DNA of 64,000 nucleotides from Octopus sinensis (GCF_006345805.1 NC_043002.1:101680001-101744000); one strand, 5' to 3'; shown: positions 27,758 to 42,712, numbered from the stretch's first letter. The notes: generated from the sequence alone by a model not told the origin. Made by a program: numbers and translations.

Positions 27758-28299
27758 TATATATATATATGTTGATAGATGTATATTTATACATACATAT
27801 AATATATAGGGAGAGAGAGATAGAGTAAACAGATAGACAGACACAGATGGATAGATAGATAGACATATATCTAAGTCAAATGTAATGTGAATATATATCT
27901 ACAGATATGTATAGATAGCTAAAGAGATAACTATATAAATAGGTAGATTAGTATGCATATATACGTGTGTGTTTGTGCGCATATGTGCGTGTGCTCCTAA
28001 GTTTTGCTGGGTGTTTTTGTATGTAATATTCGTTGGTATGTTGTAGTTAAACAACTCTTGAGACTGGGTAAAGAATTTAGAGTGATATTCTCATATGAGT
28101 AGACATGAATTAAATAGATATAGAAATAAAATTATTGCTATTTACCGTAGACAGTAGATCAATACACTGTCAGACAGACATATAGATATATTGAATACAA
28201 AGACAAACATTTAGATAAACGCAAAAACACAAGGAACTCACAATAAATGTACCTAAACATACAAAATTAGCAGACATTTTTGTTATGTATAATGCACAC

Positions 28300-28344
28300 A
28301 CTCATATATGTATACATACATATATTTGAGTGTGTGTGTGTATG

Positions 28345-28375
<31 letters not shown>

Positions 28376-29325
28376 GTATATATACATATATATATATAGA
28401 TCGTTATATATATATGTATGTATATATATATATATATATATAGATAGATCGTTATATATATATATGTATGTATATATATATATAGATAGTTATATATGTA
28501 TGTATGTATATATATATATAGATAGTTATATATGTATGTATGTATATATATATAGATAGTTATATATATATGTATGTATGTATATATATATAGATAGTTT
28601 TATATATATATGTATGTATGTATATATATATAGATAGTTATATATGTATGTATGTATGCATGTATATATAAATAGATAGTTATATATGTATGTATGTATG
28701 CATGTATATATAAATAGATAGTTATATATGTATGTATATGTATATAGATAGTTTATATATGTATGTATATATAGATAGTTATATATGTATGTATTTAAAT
28801 GTATATATATATAGATAGTTATATATGTATATATATAAATAGTTATGTATGTATGTATATGTATATATATAGATAGTTATGTATGTATGTATATGTATAT
28901 ATATATAGATAGTTATGTATGTATGTATATGTATATATATATAGACAGTTATATGTATGTATATGTATATATAGATAGTTATATATGTATGTATATGTAT
29001 ACATATATAGATAGTTATATATGTATGTATATGTAAATATATAGATAGTTATGTATGTATGTATATATGTATATATATATATATAGATAGATAGTTATAT
29101 ATGTATGTATATATGTATATATATATATAGATAGATAGTTATATATGTATGTATGTATATGTATATATATATATATAGATAGATAGTTATATATGTATGT
29201 ATGTGTATATATATATAGTTATAAATGTATGTATGTATATATATATATAGATATATGTATATATATAAATATAGATATATGTATATATATACAGATATAT
29301 GTATGTATATATATAGATATATATG

Positions 29326-29365
<40 letters not shown>

Positions 29366-29552
29366 TGTATTTTTTATATATAGATCTATGTATGTATATA
29401 ATATACAGATATATATGTATGTATATGTATATTATTTATAGATAGATATATATGTATGTATATGTATATATTTATATAGATATATATGTATGTATATATA
29501 TATTATACAGATATATGTATGTATATGTATATATTTATAGATAGATATATAT

Positions 29553-29610
<58 letters not shown>
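28300..29610. repeat. Degenerate ~30-bp minisatellite (atagatagttatatatgtatgtat...) within TA microsatellite
   Basis: Recurrent GATAGTTAT spacer motif. Confidence 0.85.
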
Positions 29611-29618
<8 letters not shown>

Positions 29619-29769
29619 GTATATTATCGACTTTAAAATGATGAAAGGAAAGGGAAGCGAAAGAGCTGAATGAAATACTGGTAACGGTTGTTCCTTCTAG
29701 CCTCCTTACAATTCTTCAGGTATTAAACCCGTACTATCTACCGATGATACATGATATTTTACCTAGGCC

Positions 29770-30200
29770 ACTCTACAATGAAATCCGTCGGAAGGATAAC
29801 TCCGAGGACAAAGAAATAAGAACCCACAATAAGGTAGATGCCATAGCCACTCTTAATAAAAAGGAATAGTGGTAGAATGTACCAGTAATGTCTTCAATAA
29901 AATGTAAGTATAACAGGCCTGACATAATGATTTGGGAGAGAGAAGAGAAGCAGTGCAGAATTGTGGAATTTAGCTGCCCAGTGGATGTAAACATAAAACT
30001 GAAGATCAAGGAAAAAGAGAACACCTATGCTGAATTAATGAGAAATCTGAAGTTACTCTATCCAGATTACAAGTTCAGGTTTATATCTGTGATTATTGGG
30101 GAGCAGGGATATGTCACACACCAATCTTCAGAAATTTAACTTCACAAAACCATAAAAGTGGAAACTAATTCGAAGTCTACAGTTCCAATCCTTCACTGAA
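29770..30200 (+). mobile_element. Dong/R4-type RLE endonuclease fragment
   Basis: KCKYNRPDIMIWEREEKQCRIVEFSCPVDVNIKLKIKEKENTYAEL (PD-(D/E)xK RLE motif). Confidence 0.8.
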
Positions 30201-30945
30201 ACTCTAAAGTCCACTACTACTAGTATAAATGTTTGTGTATATACATACATACATACGCGCACACACACATATATACATGCACTTTATTTGTTTGGTACTC
30301 CTCTCCAAACTGGATTGCAGACTACCAAAACTTCGATGTGTTATGCTTGACATGAAACCATTTGTTGTCTTGTTAACCAGCAAATAGAAAATATTTAACT
30401 ACCAATGCAGTGTTAAGAACTCATTCTCACTGTTCGATATTAGCATTACACACAGACACGTGAGTGTGTGTCTGTGTTGTCCCTCACCATCGCCTGACAA
30501 CCAATGTTGGTGAGTTACGTTCCAGTAACTTAGCGGTTTGGCAAAAGAGACCGAGAGAATATGTACTAAGCTTATGAAATATAGGTCCTGGGGTCCATTT
30601 GTTCAACTTACGGCGGTGTCCAGCATGACCGCAGTCAAATAACTGGAACAAATAAGTCATTCGCTGCTTTCTTCCAAAGAATCTAATACTCTTAGCTTAG
30701 TTTTTCCTTGGGACTGGCCAGATAGGAGCAACCACATGTATAACCAGCCGAAATTTCAAAGATAATCTGGCACTCGACTGAGGAAAGAACACTTCGAATG
30801 ACCCGACCCTGTTTTTCCTTGTCACTCTTTCGTATCATCTGTCTGGATGTTTTGTTGTCCCTTTTTTGTATCATCAAGCTGTCTGGTTGGATGTTTTGTA
30901 TTCTTGTCCCATATTTTGTATTCCTTTATATATATATATATATAT

Positions 30946-30979
<34 letters not shown>

Positions 30980-32860
30980 ATATCCAATTGGAATAACTCA
31001 ATTCTCGAAATGTTTTTTGTTTAGTGTGAGGAAACCGCAAAGGGTGGAAATATTGTAGATGTGGTCTTACACAGGAGAAAAAGGGGAATGATGATATTGT
31101 TGTCGGGCCAGTTAAGTCCTGATTATACAGGAACTCTTCTTACGAGCTATATTGGCTGTATTATTAATGCGAGCACTTCATCCGAGATTGTATGTAACAA
31201 ATGCTCTTTATTCCTTGATACTTTTGGATGCTGTGTGCAGTCCTCCTGAAGAATGAGAATAAGTTTGTTTGAGCGCATTCTCTTTTCCAATGTCCGTGAG
31301 TTCAAATGCCTCCTCAATTAACCCAATATTGATTTTGTCTGTCCATAGGCTTATAGCACGTAGATCAGAATGGAGTGTTCAGTTCGATAATCATCTGAAA
31401 TTAGCGAATATTTTATTTTCCTGAGGTTGATGACACTTTAGATCGAGGAATGCATGCACCAAGTGCTGGGGCCGACTTGAGGACGTGGTGGAAGCTGAGA
31501 GTGGTGGCTTTGGCTAAAATGTTACATCTCAGCCACAATCTATTTGAGAATTTTTGATTTTTATTTTAAATACTTTTTCTTTTGTCTGTTTTCATTCAAT
31601 TTTAGGCAACGTGTCGAATTCAACCCGAACATCCTGAGCTCTCCTCACCATAATACTGTTCGACGTTTCATTTCATGCATTCTTACAACAGACCGGAGGT
31701 AGAAACCTAAGAGCAGATATTACCAATATAATTATACATTTAGAACATAACAAAGAATACATAACAACACATGTGTTCTTGTGTAAGCCAGTATCAATCA
31801 ATAGAAACACTTATACGATACGCCAATTTTATCCAGAATCAAATACTCTCAACAATTCGTACCCAGAACGGTTAGCTATCTTGGAACAACAAATAAAAAT
31901 GCAGCATATGTCGAAAGAATTAATCTCTCCACGTCCTGTTGTATGTCAGTAGATACTTAAAATCGTCCTTACATTTTGAAGACGGTAATATAAAATCCCG
32001 ATAGTACAAGATATGTTCATTTGGGTTTGTATTTTATCTTTAAATATTTTTTCGCAGTAACTTTAGTGTGACCTAGCTTACACTGAAATCTATGGTGCCT
32101 TTCACAAGTACAGCAATATACTATAAATCAATAAACCAAAATATTCCCTAGCTTATAAAAATAGTTCGTTTACTGAATACCACGAAGGAAGAGAATGTAT
32201 TTTGGGGGTTCTTTTTTTTCAGTGTATACACAAAAGAACCACCAACAAGTGATTCTAACATAAACATTCCCAGATTCATATATATATCTCACATGCACGG
32301 AAACACACTCGAATACACAGCACAGACAGTACAAAAATACATCTATGTAAACAGACATACGTGTGTGAGCGTGCATGCGTGTGTGTGTCTGTATGTATGT
32401 GTGTGCAGAGAGGGAGTAAGAGGGAGACGCGCGGTAACATCAGGCTTTTCTAAAGAATGCCCTGACAAAAGAGTGGAGCGCACGCTATCGTCGAGCACTT
32501 GAGGTGAACATACAGACAGATGCACAAAATGAATATCGCAGCCAGAGAAAAACATTTTCACAATAAAAGCAGTAAGAAGATTTGCGTCGAAATATTTGAT
32601 ATTGTCATGAGGAATTAGAATGCAAAGCGCAATGTTAACAAGAAACTTGTAACTGTAATGGAACGGCCGAATCTGCAAAGATTTACACATTTATATACGT
32701 ATATATTATACGTGCTGCCATACAACACAAGGAAACCAGTTGCAATACTCGGATCTAATCAGTGATCCATCAGCAGTTTTTATATATGATTTTATATAAA
32801 TACCAATATTTGTGTCTGTGTTTGCTGTTGTCTATATTCATGCATGCTTATCTCTCCCCC

Positions 32861-32899
<39 letters not shown>

Positions 32900-33026
32900 C
32901 AAACAAATATATATCCTCCTATCTATCTATCTTATATTTCCCTCTTCCTCTCCTATATACATTCACGCGCCCACACATATCTATATACACCCAAACACAC
33001 ACATAAGCACAATACAACGCTTGTAT

Positions 33027-33263
33027 CTAATGACGCGCTACCCTAATGTCTAATCTAGCGGCGGCGGTCTGCCCTTGGGCAGGTCCTGTGCATGTGAAAC
33101 TTATCCAGTATTCTCTATACGACCTGGGAGGGACCGTGCCCTGCCCTGCAGCCGTTAAGTTGATTGCTGGAACTTCGTTTACCATGACTAGATTTGGAAT
33201 ACATATTGGAGTTGTTTCCTGTTTCACGTGGGTTTTCAACTCAGAATTGATAAAACCACGCTC
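33027..33263 (-). CDS. Open frame encoding a WIF-domain-like/Ig-like peptide (PAINLTAAGQGTVPPRSYREYWISFTCTGPAQGQTAAARLDIRV)
   Basis: Motif resembles the C-terminal half of the WIF domain of WIF1/Ryk (P-x-V-N...G-x-V-P...F-x-C-x-G...D-V-x-V); splice sites unclear. Confidence 0.3.
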   Translation of the reverse strand, partial: ERGFINSELKTHVKQETTPICIPNLVMVNEVPAINLTAAGQGTVPPRSYREYWISFTCTGPAQGQTAAARLDIRVARH

Positions 33264-34592
33264 CTATCTAGCGATCGGCAACGACCTAAGCACTAGTCCA
33301 CGTGTAAAGCCGCAAATATTGCGTCGCTTGTCTCATGAAACATCTGCATGCAATAGGGTTAAAAACAGTATCGAAAAAAACTGTAATTCGCCATTGCAAA
33401 TGTGCTAAACATTCTCCCATTGTTCTTCACGGGATGATATCTATAAGTAAATGACTACGCATCGAGTCAGCTTTTGCTGAATTCGCCGATAATTCAGAAG
33501 ATATAAACACATATTTTTGTTCGTTTGTGTCTGTATATAAGTGTTTTTGGCATGTGTGTGAATGGTCGTAGGTCAATTGTTTACATGGGTTCGCGATCAG
33601 AAAGATACGGGATCGCTCCGAGGACTGGGCACGGGATTTTGTTCTCTCAGCTAAAACATGCTTTTCACTTGTTATATAATATTTCATGTTCTTTAAACGC
33701 AATCGTTGGATTTCCGATTCCGTGCAAATCTAAAGCCGGTAGCAAAAACATGGCTTATGCTACCAGCTTATACTCGTTTGTGATTGACAGCAGTACACGT
33801 ATGCAGACACACACACACACACACACCTATATATGTAGGGTTCACCAGCATGGCCACACTACACCCACGAATACATAGATATTTCCACACATAGATATAC
33901 ACATGTATATACGTACATGTTTGTGTGCAGGTTTTATATATGAATCTAAGAAAAGAATTGAGATTCAACTCTCTAGAGTGAAGAGACGAAGGATAAATCA
34001 TGATATATATTTGGAAGATCCTGAGAAGTCTTGCCACCAACCGAACTGGATGCCATTGAATAGTACCAGAGATTGTATCTTCTCCAACTTGAGTAAGGAC
34101 ACAATACTGTAATAGCTTAGGGCACACGGGACCACAATTTTGTGCACTATACTGCCTAAAACCTCAGAGACCTTAACAGGTGTAGATATAGATGCTTCCC
34201 GAAACTATCTGAACAAAGTTTTTTTTTTTTTTTATCTCAGATACCAGAAGAACCTTTGTCTTAGCAGAAAACAAAGAACTGCTATTCTATCCAAAACGCT
34301 ATTCCATCAGAAACAGTTTCGCAAAAAGTCGGGAAGTTTGAAATAAATACAATCACACAAAAAGTGGCACCCCAGCATGGATTCAGCGTTTGGCTTAAAC
34401 CCACAAAAGCAAGTATACACTCACACATATGTATGTGTGTGTATATATATCTATTCACCATTAAAACACTATATACCCTCATTGATATGCCTACATGTGA
34501 AGACCCTGTTATATCATTCTGCTTCAATTATACTTACGTCCAGTCATACATATACACATACTTAAACAGATACATACACACACATACGTGCA

Positions 34593-34651
<59 letters not shown>

Positions 34652-35178
34652 TATGTATCAGCTAAAATATATAGAACAACCAAATGTTTTTAATAAATAC
34701 CAAATAACGAGATCAAGGGTTGAGTTATATTCCCAAAGTGCACAGATAACTGTATATTGAAAATACCAAAAGAAGACCAAAGAAACATTGTTAAATATTT
34801 GAAAGCCAGTCTAAGAGAGTAAGAAATCGTTATAAAATGGCGAGCATCTAATTCGTTTACGTCAAGGGCGTGACCCCCACGTCGGAAGTAAGTCTCATTC
34901 GGTTTAAGAACATTAGTGATTTGTTTGTCTGCACTTTTGCAGTTAGTTTCCTCCCTGCAATTTCTTCAAGGAATATTCTTTCCTCATCTGTCTCCTCCTC
35001 CTCCTTCACTTCTTTCCCCTCGCCCTATCAGATTACTCTAGTTCACTTGAACTGCAATAAACTGCACGCACTACTCTCTTCTTTTCTCTCTTTTTCTTCT
35101 ACATCTTTCAACTCTCTCTTACCATGCATATATACATGCACACACACACACTTCTGTGTGTATGTGTATATATATATA

Positions 35179-35228
<50 letters not shown>

Positions 35229-36679
35229 TATATGCGTGTTTCTGTGCACGCGTGTATGCATCTGTATGTGTATATAATGTATATATACATTTGAATACAG
35301 GTATATTTAAATATACACATATATACGCACACACAAACAGGAACACACATACATATGCATGCAATACAAACATTTTTGTGTGTTCTAAGAATTCTTCTTC
35401 TTCTTCTTCTTCTTCCCCCCCCCCACCTCACTATTGACCCTGTTCTGCATTTTACCAGACTTTTGTCGGGAGCAAATAGAAATAAATAAATACAAGCTTT
35501 CTACTACTGCTACTACTACCACTACTAGCCTTCTTCTTCTTCGTCTTCTTCTTATCCTCCTTTTCTCTTTTTTCCTTTTTTTTTTTTTACATGTGTGATT
35601 TATTAGATCGAACCATCAGCAACCTTCAGTCGCCCTACAAAAATACGATGTACTATTTTTGTTTTATCATTAAATGTCCATTCTTCCTTTCCACCGTCCA
35701 CCAAACCATCCTAAAAAGCCTCAGCATACAATTCCACCCACGTGTTCACCTCAGATTTGGACACGCCCACTTTATATGAATTCAATAGTAAAGTTTCTTT
35801 TACTCTCTATAAATAAATATGTCCCTGAGCATAACTGATGTCGGTGATGTTGGTAGCCAAAATCTTTCAGGTGTTTTTTTTTGTTATTGTTGCTGTTACT
35901 AGTGATGGTGTTCGTGTTGGTGTTGATGATGGAAGTGATGGTAGTGTTGTAGGTTTTTTTTTTGCGGTCTTGACGGTTGTAATCTTTGTGGTTATTTAGT
36001 GCTTTGCTGGATGTGGATTGTGGTATTAGCGTTTGTAGAGTGGTTCCTTGGTTTTGGGTGTTGTATGTCATACGATGGTTGTGGTGCTAGAGGCGTTTGA
36101 CTTGGTCATGTTTGCAGTGTTGTATGTAGTGCTGTTTGTGGTGTTGTTTGTAGTGGTGTTACTGATGTTGATAATGGTAGCATGGTTGTGGTGTTGTAGG
36201 TAGTTGTGTTTGAAGTATTGGTGGTAGTGGTGATGGCGTCGGTGTTTATATTGGCGTCATTGTAGGTGATGTTGTGGTGGTTATTGTATCGGGAAATATC
36301 TCTGACGGACATTCCAGCCGTGAGTATCCTACCTCTCTTTTCAAGCATAGTGCATATAGGTTAACAGTATCCTTTTCATAATCAGATTCGAGCTGGCTGA
36401 ATTGCTAAAGAGCTTTGCAATATGCTTAGCAGCATGTCTTCCGGCTCTTTATGTTCTGAGTTCAAATTCCACTGAGGCCGACTGTACTTACATCCTTTCG
36501 GGGTGGATAAAATAAATACCAGTTAAATACAAGGCTGGGGTGTTTAATCGACTAGCCGCTTTTCCTAAAATTGCTGGTCTTATATCAAAAGCTGAAACTA
36601 TTATTCTTTTTATTAATATCATAAGGTGTGATTTCGATGCTTTTAAGCTGATATTTCTAGCAAATCGATCGACTTTGCA

Positions 36680-37210
36680 GAGTTTCGCTGGTTTACAATA
36701 TGACAGATCCTCAACACACAATGAGGAGATCCCGTTAGCAACAACGTGGTTCTTCGCCACGCCTCACTACCAAATGTCGAAGCCACCATTCTTCGGCATC
36801 GTCTCCGCTGGGCAGGTTACGTCCAGCGTACGGAGCCCTCTCGTCTCCCAAGGATTATGATCTACGGGGAACTTTCAATCAGAACAAGAGCCAGAGGAGG
36901 TCCGAAATTCCATTTCAAAGACCATCTCAAACAACCATGGCTCAAGCTAACATCCAGCCGTCCTCATGAGAACAAATTACTATGTATTGGGCAGCTTGGA
37001 AGACTGTTCTTCGCAATGGAACCAGATCCTTCGAGCAGAACAGACAACAGAACAAGGAGGTAAAACGCAGAAGAAATGAGCGTCTTCAACATCTTCGATC
37101 TTCACCGACCATCCCATGCGAATTATGCCCACGACTCTTTCACCACCGACTTGGACTTCAAAGTCACTTTCGGCATAAACATCAGATAAGGAGACTGGAT
37201 GGAAACTGAC
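36680..37210 (+). mobile_element. RTE-clade LINE 3' fragment
   Basis: RLRWAGYVQR...LPRIMIYGELS.RTRARGGPKFHFKD and terminal CELCPRLFHHRLGLQSHFRHKH zinc finger. Confidence 0.85.
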
Positions 37211-37351
37211 GAACCCAATGCTCGGATACGAACTGGAGCCGACGACTAAAGTTTGTGGTGGTCATTTGGGTGGTTGTGGAGGTGACCATAGTGTTATTGG
37301 TGGCTGTAGTGGTGGTCATCATGTTATAAGCGCTACAAGTGCAGATAGTGT

Positions 37352-37451
37352 NNNNNNNNNNNNNNNNNNNNNNNNNNNNNNNNNNNNNNNNNNNNNNNNN
37401 NNNNNNNNNNNNNNNNNNNNNNNNNNNNNNNNNNNNNNNNNNNNNNNNNNN
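37352..37451. other. Assembly gap (100 N)
   Basis: Run of N. Confidence 0.99.
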
Positions 37452-37660
37452 CAGAGAGGACAAACAAACAAGGACAGACAAACGGATTAAGTCGATTATA
37501 TCGACTCCAGTGCGTAACTGGTACTTATTTAATCGACCCCGAAAGGATGAAAGGCAAAGTCGACCTCGGCGGAATTTGACCTCACAACGTAACGGCAGAC
37601 GAAATACCGCTGAACATTTGGCCCGGCGTGCTAACGATTCTGCCAGCTCGCCTCCCTACG
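37452..37660 (-). mobile_element. tRNA-derived SINE family 2
   Basis: Reverse complement of 47852-48077. Confidence 0.85.
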
Positions 37661-38194
37661 TAAAGATAGACGAAATACCTCTAAGCACTTCGCCCTGTGT
37701 GCTAACGTTTCTAACATCAAAATATAGTCCAAATGAAGTGGTAACTTGTCAAAGTACAAAGACCTCACAATTGAAGTTTTGAAGATGTGAAGCATGATGG
37801 TGAAAACAATACCAATGATAATTGGAGCATTGGGTATGATTAAAAATATATGAACAAAAACGTAGAAACTCTACCTAGATCCTCAACACTATCAATTCAA
37901 TAATAAAACTTAAACAAAGAAAACCCACGAAAGCAAGACATGATACAGCAATTCTCCAGTGAAATGAATTCCACCAGCAAAGCAGAAAAACAGCGCATTG
38001 CACACTCAACGCACAATACACGGGATAAAAGCTAACACAATACAGCACCGGCTAGAATTCACACAAACCCAATGGCAGAAAAACAAACACACACACCACA
38101 GAAACACGGAAGTATAGCCGGTGATGCGATATAGTAATAATATTAATAATAATAATAATAATGATAATAACGATAATAATGATAATAATAATTA

Positions 38195-38720
38195 ACACTC
38201 AAATGCATTACTAGGCTTGGCTTCTGATCTTAATTGATTGAAAGCGTTATCATGTACATTGATTTGTCTTGGTATAAAAGATGGCCTGCAGCAAATATTC
38301 TGCTCAATACCACAGAAATGCTTGTCAGTTGTTTGACCTTAACCAGTTGAGCATGTCCCTTACTGGCTGACAGTATGTGCATCGCTGATCACGAGCAGAA
38401 GAAATGGAGGATCATCATAACCATGTGCTGAAAGGAATTCTCTTGAGTTTGGATAATTCACCTCTGGAATCATGGGTGTTTCGTTCAGCATCCTTAAACA
38501 ATCTTTATTCAGGGACCTTTTGAGCGAGATGGGCTACTCGACCAGAAGAATATTGTAACTGGGCCACACCTGCAAGGTGCTGCGCTGTTAATCTTGATAT
38601 GAGATCACCAAGTCGCGCACATATGGTTGTGATGAATATACCTAGTGTACCCTTATCAGACGGTGGGCTTCGTATGTTTTACCCCAGTGTCAATTTGACG
38701 TTGATATGTGTCTTGCTCTT
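38195..38720 (+). repeat. Interspersed repeat family 4 body (preceded by (AAT)n)
   Basis: Colinear with 62065-62610 and partially with 60166-60350. Confidence 0.85.
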
Positions 38721-39189
38721 TCTTCGTGTTTCACAATTTTTAAACTTCTTGACCTACTCATACACACGTCTACGCAGTAGGGCACTGTCCCCATATTATA
38801 TTGACAACCTGCAATAAATTTCAGCCCCTGATACACGTTAAGATCAGAAAAATTGGATTACTAATCTCTATTCCTCCTTGATGCATAACTACTAGTTGAC
38901 CGGTTATATGTATACTCTGTAAGAAAATAAAGGAAATTGGAGCGATCACGGTCAGTGCTCGGTTATAAAATCATCAAAGAAGGACCACCTTTTAGCACAC
39001 GAGTATGGAAGGCTCTGCGGCCAACTTCAAGAAGATTTGGTGAAGTACGAATAGTATTTGACTTCTGTAAATATATATATATAGCCGCACTCATTAATAA
39101 TTTTATTGCTATTTCCTTGATAAAGAGAAAAAGAAAACTGCAAACTGCCTTCACCTTAGTTACGAATCAATTCAGATAATTTAAATATA

Positions 39190-39345
39190 AACGAGTTCTA
39201 CCATTTGAACTGTACTATATTTCAGTTCTATATTTAAGAGAAGAGGAATTATATACATTATTCACAATTGACGGATATTTGTCCTCATCAACGTTTCGGC
39301 TGATAAACCCTCCACCCTTCATCAGGGGCCTTAGGAATGAGAACC
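39190..39345 (-). mobile_element. Tail of the hammerhead-bearing SINE, with degenerate HHR at about 39286-39330
   Basis: CTGATGA-AGGGTG-gagggtttat-CAGCC-GAAACGTT and shared downstream tail with 14.8-15.0 kb. Confidence 0.7.
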
Positions 39346-39421
39346 AAGAATACATGTAGAGGATTTGATGTACATGACATGATCTGCCGTCTGTAATAAC
39401 ACCATGTTTATGAGAAATTTG

Positions 39422-39822
39422 GGATCTAGCGGTGTCATATAAAATTGTCACCGATAATTATGACCCTAGTATCGATCTATTGCATTCCAATCTGTTTTAG
39501 GGTTAGGGTTAGTTATGGTTAGGGGTGGGGGGAAGGGTATCTTTTTTTCTTCACAAATGTAAATAAACCCAATCTGTTTCTTAAACGAGGAACATATCAT
39601 ATGACACAGAATGTTTTTTTTTACCTCAATAGACGTCAGTGATTGATTGAAATTGCAGAAATTGAAGAAAAAAACAACAAATATCTACAAACTATAAAAT
39701 TTTCTCAATAAAGCCAAGAGAAAAAGATGTTTTATAAACACATTCTACCAGTATACGAAGTTTAACATATTTTAGTTACCTAGAAATTATGTTAAAAACT
39801 GCCATTCAAACCGTAAAGATCC
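39422..39822. mobile_element. MITE copy 2 (left TIR internally deleted)
   Basis: Colinear with 20717-21129; contains ttagggttagggttag. Confidence 0.8.
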
Positions 39823-41061
39823 GAAGCTTTTCTTTTTTCCCTTTGTGCATAGTTCACATCTCTCATTTCTACTTTTGCGCGGATCTAATTTTTCAACGAC
39901 TATTTACAAACAGTATCGTATTGTATTGGAAGGCAAGCAATAATTGAGGTGTTTCTTTGAACTCCTACTTTCCTATGAGTAGACACAAAACGAAATGACT
40001 ATGAAACTTCTTGATTATTTTCTTTGTGCCAATAAAATGCTTCTGAGTAGCATCAATTTTTAGAAATTCCAAACTAATCCGATTTAGCTGAGCTTATTAA
40101 CTTTCATTTAGTATTAGAAGCGGTTATCTTAATAGTTCTCGTTCGTTATAAGCGCTTTATGTGTTTTGCTAAATGTTCGAGACTACAATAAATATTTCTG
40201 CCTACAGTTTCTCGTTTCTGTTATTACATGCAATTTTATGTTATTCTATTACTGAGTAACATTTAATAATAAAATTCTTTAGAAAGACTAATAAAGAAGA
40301 TAATTGATTTACTGAGTCAATGAGCTAACAGCATTGCAAACACTTCGTATGATAATGTAGAGAAGATAATTATTTGGTATAAAGCCGGATATACGTAATT
40401 AGACAAAGGAAAATTTCATACACCAATCGCTAAAAGTGTTATTATGTAAAGAACGAGATTTCACTACATCTAGAGTATCACAGAAGATCTTGGTCAGTAA
40501 GGTATAATACACGCTATGAAGTAATTGCTATTTAAAAAGAACTCCCCTTGATTGTCTTTCCGATTATTGTATCTCCTTAAATGCGGCCATTAATCTCAAC
40601 TTTGCAATTTACGAAATCAAAATTCTCATAAAGTACATCATACGTTGCATCCACGTAAGTTTTCATTTGCAGGGGATTTCTCTTGTTTTTGTGGCCGATT
40701 GAGTGACCCCTGGAAAGGGTCCTTCGTTAGAAGTTTTACAGCTTGCTTGTTGAATTATGTATGTAACCACAGATAAGTATAAATAATTCTGATTCTTAAT
40801 GCGTATAACAGCATATGATATCTCCGTCTGTTTTTGGACATTTCTCGCGCTATCAATAGCTATCGATAACGTGTCAACCGAAATGGGAAGATAGGGCGCA
40901 GCTATTTCGGCGTTGATGATTTGGCTCCGCTGACTGGACATTCAACATGCCTTGCCAACACTACATATTCGCCACGCAGGCTTACACACATAACCCCCAC
41001 CCACACACATATACGAAAGCACGCCCGTTCATGCACATAAACGCACCACACCAGCGCGCGC

Positions 41062-41116
<55 letters not shown>

Positions 41117-42676
41117 GATGAAATTAGTGAGAAAGTGTGGGAGAGAGACACGTTACAATTTAGTAATTGAACATCATTGACAGATACACTTTCCATCTCC
41201 TCATACGCATTATATATCCAGGATATCTGTGCGTGTGGGTGATCAGGATATGTCGTATATACCCTGAAGACACGCGCAGAGAGACACAGGAGGAGGAGGA
41301 AACTGAGAGAATGTTACAGAGAGAAAGAGTAAGAGAGGCAGAGTAAAAGAGAAACATTAATACGAGGTAAACAATAGAACGACTGATGTCAAATAAGTCG
41401 GCGCCAAAGCGATTTATACTCCATATGAATATTATTTTTCCGCAGAGTAAAATGGTTGAACTTAGGTGATCCTTTACTACAATATTTAATCTACACGCCA
41501 TACTTTCCCAAGTTTAGAGTTGATTTAACTGACCTGTGCTCAATGTAGTTAATATTTTTTTGCAATATTAATTCAAGCAATATGCCTCTACGATTAGATC
41601 ATTCAAACGGTTTTCATAGAAGCAAAATCTGGTGTGAAGCAGGTTCGGCCGCTATTCATAACAAGTCAAACGAGAGGAAAGAGGGCCGCAGGTTTAATAT
41701 TTTCCGAGTTCCTTAATAGGTTGTGACATTCATTCCAACGTCAATAATGGCTGCTAAGTGTAAAATGACAAGAGTTTACAACTGCGTGAATGTGCGACTC
41801 CAGTGTACATTAGACACTACACACAATTAGAATTTCAATTTCGTTGCTTAGCGACGAGAAATAAATTAGATGTTGATTTAAATGAGACTAACACTGAAAT
41901 GTAATGATGAAGACGATTATGATGATGATGATGATGATGATGATGACAATGAACGACGAAGATGATGGTGATGGTTATAATAATGACTAATGACTAGAGT
42001 GGTGATTGCGATGCTGATTATTAGGACGAAAATAATTGCAGTGATGATGATGATGATGATAACGTCAGTGTGGTGGCGATGACGACGATGATAACTATGA
42101 TAAAGAATATTATTAAGATGTTTATGAAAAATGGCGAGAAAGCGGTAAAGAACAGCGAAGAAAAGGAAGAACGATATTTTAGATATCGGGCAACACATTT
42201 AATCAATTAAGTTAAATCATTAAAAAATATTCTTTCATGCAAATATAAAACACAAGGTTAATACATAGCATTATTTTAAGCTGTCTCATTAGTGTAACGT
42301 TTCCATCACTAAAGTCTTCATTTTCTCAGTAATTCTAGAATATATTAGGAAAATTCAAGCTATATTCCTCTATATTCCTCAAATGAGGTTTGATAAAATC
42401 GAAATATGACAGCAATTGACACTGTACTTAGCAACAAATGCTCACTTTGTGCCCCGCCCCCCGGATAAAATTCGAATTTCATTTTTGGGTTGTCTCCTCT
42501 GCTGCCATATATATCGTTAAAATTTAATGTCGTATGTATAAAACTTGGCGGCTGTAATTTTACTTTTAAAAAATCCTTTATTTAACACGTTCCAAATATT
42601 AGCTTTATGTCAAAACGTTTTACACATTTGGCAGGTAACAACCGTTATAAATATACACATACACACACACATGCGC

Positions 42677-42711
<35 letters not shown>

Positions 42712-42712
<1 letters not shown>

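Noticed and set aside
29680-29730. CTGAAGA-containing motif on the minus strand
   Set aside because: No GAAA and no closing helix II; at best a decayed hammerhead
33046-33408. 120-aa + strand ORF overlapping the WIF-like frame
   Set aside because: No recognisable motif; openness is plausibly a by-product of local GC content
35860-36300. Thr/Asn-rich mucin-like minus-strand frames (also 37250-37351)
   Set aside because: Degenerate (ACC/AAC/ACT)n triplet repeat with frameshifts and no splice signals
37352-37451. Apparent ORFs spanning the N run
   Set aside because: Scaffold gap; adjacency across it is not guaranteed
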